From the NCBI GenBank assembly GCA_002269645.1, contig NIVC01003659.1, forward strand, positions 20,733 to 84,732: a stretch of 64,000 nt of DNA. The letters run 5' to 3'. The notes beneath the pieces are model-generated. The model saw only the letters and a list, made by a program, of their open reading frames with translations, was not told where the DNA came from and made no database searches. A program made the position numbers and the translations under genes. Shown in pieces: positions 50,380-64,000 of the stretch (its first letter is position 1; each line of letters opens with the position of its first letter). This DNA is from Macrostomum lignano. Taxonomy: Eukaryota.

Positions 50380-51895
50380 GATTGATGGGTTTCGACCTTC
50401 GGGCTCCTTGTTAGGGAAGCCTTCGGGCCTCAGGCTCAGAAATAAATCAATTAGAGACCTGGCCCCCACTCCTGTCAGATGGTCAGCCCCATGGTAGCTT
50501 GATCGTGTGGCGAGCAGTCTAGGTCCTATAGCTAAGAGAGGGACAGCGAGAGACGAGCAGGGAGAATTTTAAAAGTAGAAATTAGCTAATCCGCAGATCA
50601 ACTAACTTGCTGCCACCAGCCCGTGCGCCCTGGCTCACCACACCGGGACTCTCGAAATCGGGCTTCCGGCTAGAAGGGGCTTTGCACTTACCTGCCAACT
50701 AGTGTCTTTTTGCTGTCAATCTCGAAGTCATAGCCGATGATAAGGGACACTGCTGGGACTAGATCGCATTGGCCATGCAGGTACAGAGGGGACTTGTGCA
50801 GGGGATTCTTGCGGTGGCGAGTCTATGGGGTAGCTGCATGTACTATTACATTCATATTACATATTACATATTACATATTACATTACACTATTACATTGCT
50901 AAATACGAAGATATGTACTTTTGGCCTTCAACGCGCCAACTAGCCTCTCATAGCGCTGATGATAGACTAACTCGAACTTCAGAGACCGCATGATTCATTT
51001 ACCCGAGCCGCTTGGCTACCCTAGAGTGCACAAAGTACATCTCTGGCGCCGATTCTGCACTTCTGGCAGTTTTGCTCACTGATTTGATAGATTGGTCGAC
51101 TGAGAACTGCCTTGCCATTGGTCCACTGTGACCGGCGCCTACTAGCTTAGCTACTCATCTGAGCCATCGGCGAATAAAGAAATAAAACCGATAAAAATAA
51201 CTGTTAGATTTAACCTTCTCCTTAGTTCACTTCACACTTCAGATTGAATTGGAGTTTAAGACTACTAGCAGTATTATTGAATGACTTCTGCCTCAGCAAC
51301 AGCACTACTGAACAAAATGAGCAAAAGTGTGCGCCTAATTCAGCTACTGCAACAGGGGACAGATAAGGGATCACCCAATCAAGCAAGTCTAGGTAGCCTC
51401 TCACCCAACCAATCAGAAACTCAACAGCCGGAGACCAGGTAATCCACAGTGACCGAATCGGCTCGATGCTTCGCAGCTGTAGACTCGGGATGATGCTGTC
51501 ACAATCTTCGCTGTTAGCTAGCAGGTGATGCTCTTACTTGATGTTCGCTGCTGATGACCGGGGGACTCGTCCTTGATGATGATGGGGGGAGGTCGCAATC
51601 CGGGGATCAAGAAACGACGGTCAGTTCCGGGCCGGTGGAGTAAGAACCAGGCCAGAGTCGGAACAGGTTGAAGTCCGAGCGGGCCAAAAACACCGGTTTA
51701 AATAGCCGCCAACTGGACCGCAGTTTGTTATAATGGAACACGTCGATTCTGATTGGCTGAGCCGTTTTGTTAAAATGAGCGCCGAATTTTCTGATTGGCT
51801 AAGCTTGTTGCTACCCAGAATCACGTGACCGAGAGATCCTATCAGTTCCCACAGGGTCGTAAAAAGATGACAGGTGCGGCCATAAATCACTCAAA
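50380..51895 (-). mobile_element. Unclassified ~1.5-kb repeat, copy B (inverted, diverged)
   Basis: See copy A; shared blocks include GGCAGGTAAGTGCA, CTATAGGACC and CCATGGGGCTGACCATCTGAC. Confidence 0.7.
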
Positions 51896-52439
51896 ATCGC
51901 AACAAAATGATTTATGACTTTTCGCGTAGGATTGACGGAAATTAATGAAAAAATATACATTAGAAAGCTCTTATTAAATAGAAAGTGAAGATAATGAAGA
52001 GAAATCGCTAATCGCTAATCCCAAAGTACTTTTAGGGGTAAAACGCATAGCTGTCAAAGCTGTCACACGCTTGAGTGAACCCGAACAATAGGCTCTGATG
52101 AGAAATGATGAGAAAAAAGCTACCGCCCGCATCCTCTCAGACCATGCATCTGGCGCCCGCCTCAACACTGAGTGAGGCGCAGGTGGCTGTCAGACCAGCT
52201 TCGAAAGCGATGATTTATGACCCAAAAAGCTGCGCCTATGTTATTATGACTACTAGTATGACCAGACATTATATCTAGTATACATTTTATGAAAATTCGC
52301 AGAAAAAGGATAAAAATGCCCACTGCCCACTTTTAGTAGGCAAGAACGTTCAGAGCCCATGTGCTAGCGCGGGATTTGGGAAAAAGTGCGTCCTCATTAT
52401 GATTTCACTGCTAATGACATTCCTGGGAAATAAATTGAT

Positions 52440-52760
52440 TCATTCTGATCAGAATTTCGGTGAGATTGTTAACTTCAATGTTGAAATTGGTCCAGAGCTG
52501 CAAACCGTGTAGGCCCTGTGCAACAAACAACGAATCAGGCCAACTTTCCACTGTCTCGCTTGATTCTTTGAATGTAATTAATTCTACCGGCCTGCAATCA
52601 CTTCTCGCAACTTGATTTAATTTGGCCCACGCGTTGCCTCACAGCACAGCCAATTCAAGAAGCCATGCGCACACAAAGCTGTTGTTGAGAAGCGGGAGTG
52701 TGGCTGTGAATTAATTCCTTGTTGGACCGAAACGCGTCGAAAGAAGTTAATTTAATTGAT
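52440..52760. mobile_element. Scrambled PLE fragments (thumb fragment on minus, partial hammerhead on plus)
   Basis: 52455-52556 matches 44468-44620; CCTTGTTGGACCGAAACGCGTCGAAAG at ~52716. Confidence 0.65.
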
Positions 52761-54291
52761 TTTCACAATTCCTTTGGTCTGGCAGAACAGATTTGGCCGG
52801 TTCATTGCATGATTGTCGCAGGGGATGTAAAGGGTTGATAGCCTTCATACAAAGTCAACCTGATCAACTGGACTACAGGGCGCTCGATCGTACATGTATG
52901 TTTAGTTTAGTAATTTTTAGTATAATTTTTAGTATATAAGCTTACTCCGACAATGGGATTTCTTAACGGATATTACGCTTTATCTGAAAAATTTACAGTA
53001 GTTCACACAAGTCCGAAGCAAGCCTTTGATGAATATGTAATTTAGCTTAAAACAAGAAGTTGTTTAAAAAAACATTTTTTCGATTCCTGTCCATGAAATT
53101 TACCATGATTCCTGAGCGAAATTCCGTACCATATAGATGCTCCCGACGCCTGACAGACATATCGACGTGTCGTGTGATGAACGATTGCAATTTACATAAC
53201 CTGTAAATGTAGTTATTAACAGCTCGTACATGCATTACAAATATTTGTATTAAGGTTGAGCTTAAGCAGATTCAGCATGATTTTATTGATTTTTAACCTT
53301 AAATTTTAAGGCTTATTTTGTTGTACACAGTTGATACAATTTTATCGAATTTTAAAATGGCGCAGTAAAATTATATATTTATAAAATTAAATCAATCATC
53401 GTCATCAATTGCTAGCTAGCGATAGCCGATAGTGCATGACTAGAGTGATAATTTTGTGTCTAGCGCAGAAAATTTCAATTCAGATTAAATATTGTATTGT
53501 ATTAACTGTTGCAATTGAAAATTGCAAAAAGAATGTTAGACCTAATTGGAATAATCTGAGAGTGAGACTGAGTCCGAGTCGCGTCTTATAAGTTATATAG
53601 TATTATATTTATTTAAGAAATTAAAACTAGGCCTAAATTGCTTTATTTAAATCAATGCCACTGATTTCATTTTAGTAGGGACTACTTGTCTTAGGCCTAA
53701 GTAAGATTTTGATTTAATTTTAAAAGTTAGGCCTCTAGAGGCTAGGCCCTATTTTTAGTAGGCCTAGGCCCTTTTTAATAGGCTTTATAAAGCATTTATC
53801 AAAATCTTGCTTGAGAGAGACAAATAAAAAAACTTCAAACACATTGTTTTTTCAAATTAGTAAACTTAAAAGTTATTTACAAACTTTTTTTACATTTTTA
53901 ACACTACATTTATAGACGTCTATACTCCCAGTACCAGAACCAGTACCAGAAGCAGTACCAAAAAATAAAATACAAAATACAAGTAAAAAACGAAAATGTC
54001 TAAAATAGTACAAAATCAACTCTAGCAATTATTATAACCGTTACCACAGCGTTCAACATATTTCGTTTTAGCGAATTACATTACAGCATAACTTAATGCC
54101 TATTAAAATGCTTATTTGAAAACGAAAAGTAAAACACCGAAATTTAACATTCTAGCTAAAAAACCTTAAAACAAATACATATAAAACTAAAAAACCTATC
54201 AACAATTGTTGGTGATGCCATAGATACAATATAAATATACCAACAAACTGTACATGTAATATGTTCAATTCCTGTAATTTTTCACCAAAAT

Positions 54292-57200
54292 TACTTTAGT
54301 GTACTTCGGCAGGAACCATTGTGAGTACGAAGCTGAAAACTGAGATCTGGAAGGAAACATTATCAATCTAGAAGCCTGCAAGACGCCAACGCTCCATCTG
54401 TTCCCTACTCGAACTTACAGACTCCCAAGTCCCCCCTGCTCGGTACAATAATATGCAGAAAGTACTTTAGTGTACTTCGACAGGAACCATTGTGAGTACG
54501 AAGCTGAAAACTGAGATCTGGAAGGAAACATTATCAATCTAGAAGCCTACAAGACGCCAAGGCTCCATCTGTTCCCTACTCGAACTTACAGACTCCCAAG
54601 TCCCCCCTGCTCAGTACACTCAGCTGCAGAAAGTACTTTGGTGTACTTCGGCAGGAACCATTGTGAGTACGAAGCTGAAAACTGAGATCTGGAAGGAAAC
54701 ATTATCAATCTAGAAGCCTACAAGACGCCAAGGCTCCATCTGTTCCCTACTCGAACTTACAGACTCCCAAGTCGCCCCTGCTCGGTACAATAATATGCAG
54801 AAAGTACTTTAGTGTACTTCGACAGGAACCATTGTGAGTACGAAGCTGAAAACTGAGATCTGGAAGGAAACATTATCAATCTAGAAGCCTACAAGACGCC
54901 AAGGCTCCATCTGTTCCCTACTCGAACTTACAGACTCCCAAGTCCCCCCTGCTCAGTACACTCAGCTGCAGAAAGTACTTTGGTGTACTTCGGCAGGAAC
55001 CATTGTAAATACGAAGCTGAAAACTGAGATCTGGAAGGAAACATTATCAATCTAGAAGCCTGAGAGACGCCAAGGCTCCATCTGTTCCCTACTCGAACTT
55101 ACAGACTCCCAAGTCCCCCCTGCTCAGTACACTCAGCTGCAGAAAGTACTTTAGTGTACTTCGACAGGAACCATTGTAAGTACGAAGCTGAAAACTGAGA
55201 TCTGGAAGGAAACATTATCAATCTAGAAGCCTGAGAGACGCCAAGGCTCCATCTGTTCCCTACTCGAACTTACAGACTCCCAAGTCCCCCCTGCTCAGTA
55301 CATTAATATGCAGAAAGTACTTTAGTGTACTTCGACAGGAACCATTGTGAGTACGAAGCTGAAAACTGAGATCTGGAAGGAAACATTATCAATCTAGAAG
55401 CCTGCAAGACGCCAAGGCTCCATCTGTTCCCTACTCGAACTTACAGACTCCCAAGTCCCCCCTGCTCGTACATAATATGCAGAAAGTACTTTAGTGTACT
55501 TCGACAGGAACCATTGTGAGTACGAAGCTGAAAACTGAGATCTGGAAGGAAACATTATCAATCTAGAAGCCTGAGAGACGCCAAGGCTCCATTTGTTCCC
55601 TACTCGAACTTACAGACTCCCAAGTCCCCCCCGCTCAGTACATTAATATGCAAAAAGTACTTTAGTGTACTTCGGCAGGAACCATTGTGAGTACGAAGCT
55701 GAAAACTGAGATCTGGAAGGAAACATTATCAATCTAGAAGCCTACAAGACGCCAAGGCTCCATCTGTTCCCTACTCGAACTTACAGACTCCCAAGTCCCC
55801 CCTGCTCAGTACATTAATATGCAGAAAGTACTTTAGTGTACTTCGACAGGAACCATTGTGAGTACGAAGCTGAAAACTGAGATCTGGAAGGAAACATTAT
55901 CAATCTAGAAGCCTACAAGACGCCAAGGCTCCATCTGTTCCCTACTCGAACTTACAGACTCCCAAGTCCCCCCTGCTCAGTACACTCAGCTGCAGAAAGT
56001 ACTTTGTGTACTTCGACAGGAACCATTGTGAGTACGAAGCTGAAAACTGAGATCTGGAAGGAAACATTATCAATCTAGAAGCCTACAAGACGCCAAGGCT
56101 CCATCTGTTCCCTACTCGAACTTACAGACTCCCAAGTCCCCCTGCTCAGTACATAATATGCAGAAAGTACTTTAGTGTACTTCGACAGGAACCATTGTGA
56201 GTACGAAGCTGAAAACTGAGATCTGGAAGGAAACATTATCAATCTAGAAGCCTACAAGACGCCAAGGCTCCATCTGTTCCCTACTCGAACTTACAGACTC
56301 CCAAGTCCCCCCTGCTCAGTACACTCAGCTGCAGAAAGTACTTTGTGTACTTCGACAGGAACCATTGTGAGTACGAAGCTGAAAACTGAGATCTGGAAGG
56401 AAACATTATCAATCTAGAAGCCTGCAAGACGCCAAGGCTCCATCTGTTCCCTACTCGAACTTACAGACTCCCAAGTCCCCCTGCTCAGTACACTCAGCTG
56501 CAGAAAGTACTTTAGTGTACTTCGACAGGAACCATTGTAGTACGAAGCTGAAAACTGAGATCTGGAAGGAAACATTATCAATCTAGAAGCCTGCAAGACG
56601 CCAAGGCTCCATCTGTTCCCTACTCGAACTTACAGACTCCCAAGTCCCCCCCCGCTCAGTACATTAATATGCAGAAAGTACTTTAGTGTACTTCGACAGG
56701 AACCATTGTGAGTACGAAGCTGAAAACTGAGATCTGGAAGGAAACATTATCAATCTAGAAGCCTACAAGACGCCAAGGCTCCATCTGTTCCCTACTCGAA
56801 CTTACAGACTCCCAAGTCCCCCCGCTCAGTACATTAATATGCAGAAAGTACTTTAGTGTACTTCGACAGGAACCATTGTGAGTACGAAGCTGAAAACTGA
56901 GATCTGGAAGGAAACATTATCAATCTAGAAGCCTACAAGACGCCAAGGCTCCATCTGTTCCCTACTCGAACTTACAGACTCCCAAGTCCCCCCTGCTCAG
57001 TACACTCAGCTGCAGAAAGTACTTTAGTGTACTTCGACAGGAACCATTGTGAGTACGAAGCTGAAAACTGAGATCTGGAAGGAAACATTATCAATCTAGA
57101 AGCCTACAAGACGCCAAGGCTCCATCTGTTCCCTACTCGAACTTACAGACTCCCAAGTCCCCCTGCTCAGTACATAATATGCAGAAAGTACTTTAGTGTA

Positions 57201-60200
57201 CTTCGACAGGAACCATTGTGAGTACGAAGCTGAAAACTGAGATCTGGAAGGAAACATTATCAATCTAGAAGCCTACAAGACGCCAAGGCTCCATCTGTTC
57301 CCTACTCGAACTTACAGACTCCCAAGTCCCCCCTGCTCAGTACACTCAGCTGCAGAAAGTACTTTAGTGTACTTCGACAGGAACCATTGTGAGTACGAAG
57401 CTGAAAACTGAGATCTGGAAGGAAACATTATCAATCTAGAAGCCTACAAGACGCCAAGGCTCCATCTGTTCCCTACTCGAACTTACAGACTCCCAAGTCC
57501 CCCTGCTCAGTACACTCAGCTGCAGAAAGTACTTTAGTGTACTTCGACAGGAACCATTGTGAGTACGAAGCTGAAAACTGAGATCTGGAAGGAAACATTA
57601 TCAATCTAGAAGCCTACAAGACGCCAAGGCTCCATCTGTTCCCTACTCGAACTTACAGACTCCCAAGTCCCCCCGCTCAGTACATTAATATGCAGAAAGT
57701 ACTTTAGTGTACTTCGACAGGAACCATTGTGAGTACGAAGCTGAAAACTGAGATCTGGAAGGAAACATTATCAATCTAGAAGCCTACAAGACGCCAAGGC
57801 TCCATCTGTTCCCTACTCGAACTTACAGACTCCCAAGTCCCCCCGCTCAGTACATTAATATGCAGAAAGTACTTTAGTGTACTTCGACAGGAACCATTGT
57901 GAGTACGAAGCTGAAAACTGAGATCTGGAAGGAAACATTATCAATCTAGAAGCCTACAAGACGCCAAGGCTCCATCTGTTCCCTACTCGAACTTACAGAC
58001 TCCCAAGTCCCCCCTGCTCAGTACATTAATATGCAGAAAGTACTTTAGTGTACTTCGACAGGAACCATTGTGAGTACGAAGCTGAAAACTGAGATCTGGA
58101 AGGAAACATTATCAATCTAGAAGCCTACAAGACGCCAAGGCTCCATCTGTTCCCTACTCGAACTTACAGACTCCCAAGTCCCCCTGCTCAGTACATTAAT
58201 ATGCAGAAAGTACTTTAGTGTACTTCGACAGGAACCATTGTGAGTACGAAGCTGAAAACTGAGATCTGGAAGGAAACATTATCAATCTAGAAGCCTACAA
58301 GACGCCAAGGCTCCATCTGTTCCCTACTCGAACTTACAGACTCCCAAGTCCCCCCGCTCAGTACATTAATATGCAGAAAGTACTTTAGTGTACTTCGACA
58401 GGAACCATTGTGAGTACGAAGCTGAAAACTGAGATCTGGAAGGAAACATTATCAATCTAGAAGCCTGCAAGACGCCAAGGCTCCATCTGTTCCCTACTCG
58501 AACTTACAGACTCCCAAGTCCCCCCCGCTCAGTACATTAATATGCAGAAAGTACTTTAGTGTACTTCGACAGGAACCATTGTGAGTACGAAGCTGAAAAC
58601 TGAGATCTGGAAGGAAACATTATCAATCTAGAAGCCTACAAGACGCCAAGGCTCCATCTGTTCCCTACTCGAACTTACAGACTCCCAAGTCCCCCCGCTC
58701 AGTACATTAATATGCAGAAAGTACTTTAGTGTACTTCGACAGGAACCATTGTGAGTACGAAGCTGAAAACTGAGATCTGGAAGGAAACATTATCAATCTA
58801 GAAGCCTACAAGACGCCAAGGCTCCATCTGTTCCCTACTCGAACTTACAGACTCCCAAGTCCCCCTGCTCAGTACACTCAGCTGCAGAAAGTACTTTAGT
58901 GTACTTCGACAGGAACCATTGTGAGTACGAAGCTGAAAACTGAGATCTGGAAGGAAACATTATCAATCTAGAAGCCTACAAGACGCCAAGGCTCCATCTG
59001 TTCCCTACTCGAACTTACAGACTCCCAAGTCCCCCCTGCTCAGTACACTCAGCTGCAGAAAGTACTTTAGTGTACTTCGACAGGAACCATTGTGAGTACG
59101 AAGCTGAAAACTGAGATCTGGAAGGAAACATTATCAATCTAGAAGCCTACAAGACGCCAAGGCTCCATCTGTTCCCTACTCGAACTTACAGACTCCCAAG
59201 TCCCCCTGCTCAGTACATAATATGCAGAAAGTACTTTAGTGTACTTCGACAGGAACCATTGTGAGTACGAAGCTGAAAACTGAGATCTGGAAGGAAACAT
59301 TATCAATCTAGAAGCCTACAAGACGCCAAGGCTCCATCTGTTCCCTACTCGAACTTACAGACTCCCAAGTCCCCCTGCTCAGTACATCAGCTGCAGAAAG
59401 TACTTTAGTGTACTTCGACAGGAACCATTGTGAGTACGAAGCTGAAAACTGAGATCTGGAAGGAAACATTATCAATCTAGAAGCCTACAGACGCCAAGGC
59501 TCCATCTGTTCCCTACTCGAACTTACAGACTCCCAAGTCCCCCTGCTCAGTACATCAGCAGAAAGTACTTTAGTGTACTTCGACAGGAACCATTGTGAGT
59601 ACGAAGCTGAAAACTGAGATCTGGAAGGAAACATTATCAATCTAGAAGCCTACAGACGCCAAGGCTCCATCTGTTCCCTACTCGAACTTACAGACTCCCA
59701 AGTCCCCCTGCTCAGTACATTAATATGCAGAAAGTACTTTAGTGTACTTCGACAGGAACCATTGTGAGTACGAAGCTGAAAACTGAGATCTGGAAGGAAA
59801 CATTATCAATCTAGAAGCCTACAAGACGCCAAGGCTCCATCTGTTCCCTACTCGAACTTACAGACTCCCAAGTCCCCCCTGCTCAGTACATAATATGCAG
59901 AAAGTACTTTAGTGTACTTCGACAGGAACCATTGTGAGTACGAAGCTGAAAACTGAGATCTGGAAGGAAACATTATCAATCTAGAAGCCTACAAGACGCC
60001 AAGGCTCCATCTGTTCCCTACTCGAACTTACAGACTCCCAAGTCCCCCTGCTCAGTACATAATATGCAGAAAGTACTTTAGTGTACTTCGACAGGAACCA
60101 TTGTGAGTACGAAGCTGAAAACTGAGATCTGGAAGGAAACATTATCAATCTAGAAGCCTACAAGACGCCAAGGCTCCATCTGTTCCCTACTCGAACTTAC

Positions 60201-63200
60201 AGACTCCCAAGTCCCCCCTGCTCAGTACATCAGCTGCAGAAAGTACTTTAGTGTACTTCGACAGGAACCATTGTGAGTACGAAGCTGAAAACTGAGATCT
60301 GGAAGGAAACATTATCAATCTAGAAGCCTACAAGACGCCAAGGCTCCATCTGTTCCCTACTCGAACTTACAGACTCCCAAGTCCCCCCTGCTCAGTACAT
60401 TAATATGCAGAAAGTACTTTAGTGTACTTCGACAGGAACCATTGTGAGTACGAAGCTGAAAACTGAGATCTGGAAGGAAACATTATCAATCTAGAAGCCT
60501 ACAAGACGCCAAGGCTCCATCTGTTCCCTACTCGAACTTACAGACTCCCAAGTCCCCCCTGCTCAGTACACAGCTGCAGAAAGTACTTTAGTGTACTTCG
60601 ACAGGAACCATTGTGAGTACGAAGCTGAAAACTGAGATCTGGAAGGAAACATTATCAATCTAGAAGCCTACAAGACGCCAAGGCTCCATCTGTTCCCTAC
60701 TCGAACTTACAGACTCCCAAGTCCCCCTGCTCAGTACATAATATGCAGAAAGTACTTTAGTGTACTTCGACAGGAACCATTGTGAGTACGAAGCTGAAAA
60801 CTGAGATCTGGAAGGAAACATTATCAATCTAGAAGCCTACAAGACGCCAAGGCTCCATCTGTTCCCTACTCGAACTTACAGACTCCCAAGTCCCCCTGCT
60901 CAGTACACTCAGCTGCAGAAAGTACTTTAGTGTACTTCGACAGGAACCATTGTGAGTACGAAGCTGAAAACTGAGATCTGGAAGGAAACATTATCAATCT
61001 AGAAGCCTACAAGACGCCAAGGCTCCATCTGTTCCCTACTCGAACTTACAGACTCCCAAGTCCCCCCTGCTCAGTACATCAGCTGCAGAAAGTACTTTAG
61101 TGTACTTCGACAGGAACCATTGTGAGTACGAAGCTGAAAACTGAGATCTGGAAGGAAACATTATCAATCTAGAAGCCTACAAGACGCCAAGGCTCCATCT
61201 GTTCCCTACTCGAACTTACAGACTCCCAAGTCCCCCCGCTCAGTACATTAATATGCAGAAAGTACTTTAGTGTACTTCGACAGGAACCATTGTGAGTACG
61301 AAGCTGAAAACTGAGATCTGGAAGGAAACATTATCAATCTAGAAGCCTACAAGACGCCAAGGCTCCATCTGTTCCCTACTCGAACTTACAGACTCCCAAG
61401 TCCCCCCTGCTCAGTACATTAATATGCAGAAAGTACTTTAGTGTACTTCGACAGGAACCATTGTGAGTACGAAGCTGAAAACTGAGATCTGGAAGGAAAC
61501 ATTATCAATCTAGAAGCCTACAAGACGCCAAGGCTCCATCTGTTCCCTACTCGAACTTACAGACTCCCAAGTCCCCCCTGCTCAGTACATCAGCTGCAGA
61601 AAGTACTTTAGTGTACTTCGACAGGAACCATTGTGAGTACGAAGCTGAAAACTGAGATCTGGAAGGAAACATTATCAATCTAGAAGCCTACAAGACGCCA
61701 AGGCTCCATCTGTTCCCTACTCGAACTTACAGACTCCCAAGTCCCCCCGCTCAGTACATTAATATGCAGAAAGTACTTTAGTGTACTTCGACAGGAACCA
61801 TTGTGAGTACGAAGCTGAAAACTGAGATCTGGAAGGAAACATTATCAATCTAGAAGCCTACAAGACGCCAAGGCTCCATCTGTTCCCTACTCGAACTTAC
61901 AGACTCCCAAGTCCCCCTGCTCAGTACACTAGCTGCAGAAAGTACTTTAGTGTACTTCGACAGGAACCATTGTGAGTACGAAGCTGAAAACTGAGATCTG
62001 GAAGGAAACATTATCAATCTAGAAGCCTACAAGACGCCAAGGCTCCATCTGTTCCCTACTCGAACTTACAGACTCCCAAGTCCCCCTGCTCAGTACATTA
62101 ATATGCAGAAAGTACTTTAGTGTACTTCGACAGAACCATTGTGAGTACGAAGCTGAAAACTGAGATCTGGAAGGAAACATTATCAATCTAGAAGCCTACA
62201 AGACGCCAAGGCTCCATCTGTTCCCTACTCGAACTTACAGACTCCCAAGTCCCCCCTGCTCAGTACATCAGCTGCAGAAAGTACTTTGTGTACTTCGACA
62301 GGAACCATTGTGAGTACGAAGCTGAAAACTGAGATCTGGAAGGAAACATTATCAATCTAGAAGCCTACAAGACGCCAAGGCTCCATCTGTTCCCTACTCG
62401 AACTTACAGACTCCCAAGTCCCCCTGCTCAGTACATTAATATGCAGAAAGTACTTTAGTGTACTTCGACAGAACCATTGTGAGTACGAAGCTGAAAACTG
62501 AGATCTGGAAGGAAACATTATCAATCTAGAAGCCTACAAGACGCCAAGGCTCCATCTGTTCCCTACTCGAACTTACAGACTCCCAAGTCCCCCCTGCTCA
62601 GTACATCAGCTGCAGAAAGTACTTTAGTGTACTTCGCAGGAACCATTGTGAGTACGAAGCTGAAAACTGAGATCTGGAAGGAAACATTATCAATCTAGAA
62701 GCCTACAGACGCCAAGGCTCCATCTGTTCCCTACTCGAACTTACAGACTCCCAAGTCCCCCCTGCTCAGTACACTCAGCTGCAGAAAGTACTTTAGTGTA
62801 CTTCGACAGGAACCATTGTGAGTACGAAGCTGAAAACTGAGATCTGGAAGGAAACATTATCAATCTAGAAGCCTACAGACGCCAAGGCTCCATCTGTTCC
62901 CTACTCGAACTTACAGACTCCCGTCCCCCTGCTCAGTACATTAATATGCAGAAAGTACTTTAGTGTACTTCGACAGGAACCATTGTGAGTACGAAGCTGA
63001 AAACTGAGATCTGGAAGGAAACATTATCAATCTAGAAGCCTACAAGACGCCAAGGCTCCATCTGTTCCCTACTCGAACTTACAGACTCCCAAGTCCCCCC
63101 TGCTACATAATATGCAGAAAGTACTTTAGTGTACTTCGACAGGAACCATTGTGAGTACGAAGCTGAAAACTGAGATCTGGAAGGAAACATTATCAATCTA

Positions 63201-64000
63201 GAAGCCTACAAGACGCCAAGGCTCCATCTGTTCCCTACTCGAACTTACAGACTCCCAAGTCGCCCCTGCTCGGTACAATAATATGCAGAAAGTACTTAGT
63301 GTACTTCGACAGGAAACCATTGTGAGTACGAAGCTGAAAACTGAGATCTGGAAGGAAACATTATCAATCTAGAAGCCTACAAGACGCCAAGGCTCCATCT
63401 GTTCCTACTCGAACTTACAGACTCCCAAGTCCCCCTGCTCAGTACATTAATATGCAGAAAGTACTTTAGTGTACTTCGACAGAACCATTGTGAGTACGAA
63501 GCTGAAAACTGAGATCTGGAAGGAAACATTATCAATCTAGAAGCCTACAAGACGCCAAGGCTCCATCTGTTCCCTACTCGAACTTACAGACTCCCAAGTC
63601 CCCCCTGCTCAGTACATTAATATGCAGAAAGTACTTTAGTGTACTTCGACAGGAACCATTGTGAGTACGAAGCTGAAAACTGAGATCTGGAAGGAAACAT
63701 TATCAATCTAGAAGCCTACAAGACGCCAAGGCTCCATCTGTTCCCTACTCGAACTTACAGACTCCCAAGTCCCCCTGCTCAGTACATTAATGCAGAAAGT
63801 ACTTTAGTGTACTTCGCAGGAACCATTGTGAGTACGAAGCTGAAAACTGAGATCTGGAAGGAAACATTTCAATCTAGAAGCCTACAAGACGCCAAGGCTC
63901 CATCTGTTCCCTACTCGAACTTACAGACTCCAAGTCCCCTGCTCAGTACATAATGCAGAAAGTACTTTAGTGTACTTCGACAGAACCATTGTGAGTACGA
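54292..64000 (+). repeat. ~171-bp (169-171) satellite array, ~57 units, runs off the window
   Basis: Unit GTACTTTAGTGTACTTCGACAGGAACC..TGCAGAAA; period measured between GAGATCTGG occurrences. Confidence 0.98.

Noticed and set aside
50385-50445. Functional hammerhead at the end of repeat copy B (and ~48060-48105 in A)
   Set aside because: Lacks an intact CUGANGA and proper stem III pairing; kept only as a possible relic.
59400-64000. Single-base indel variants among satellite monomers as biological subtypes
   Set aside because: Mostly sporadic or homopolymer deletions, consistent with long-read consensus error.

Overview
Repeat-rich eukaryotic (animal) genomic DNA with one assembly gap (21131-21881). 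The GC-rich, Ala-rich exons and minisatellite-packed introns resemble the flatworm Macrostomum; that is an inference, not verified. Two spliced minus-strand genes can be rebuilt with phase-consistent GT-AG junctions. One is a BRSK/SAD-family Ser/Thr kinase (8 exons found, ~5.1-19.5 kb; N-terminal exons not visible). The other is a 5-exon, 294-aa claudin/PMP22-superfamily tetraspan gene (36344-41230). Between them lie an inverted pair of 161-bp satellite arrays and a full-length, defective BEL/Pao LTR retrotransposon (27465-34723, TSD CCCTT). The BEL element carries a nested tRNA-SINE and a nested deleted Tc1 element. A transposon nest at 43.8-52.8 kb holds Penelope-like GIY-YIG elements with minimal hammerhead ribozymes, LINE RT and gypsy-like relics, and an inverted pair of an intron-bearing repeat. 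The window ends in a ~171-bp dimorphic satellite (54.3-64 kb). Most notable: (1) a minisatellite made of 13 copies of a BRSK exon end plus its splice donor; (2) a BEL insertion that splits a TATA/Inr core promoter with AP-1/CRE/MEF2 sites; (3) a foldback-like satellite with a G-quadruplex motif in each unit; (4) a dispersed repeat that conserves a 160-nt spliceosomal intron.
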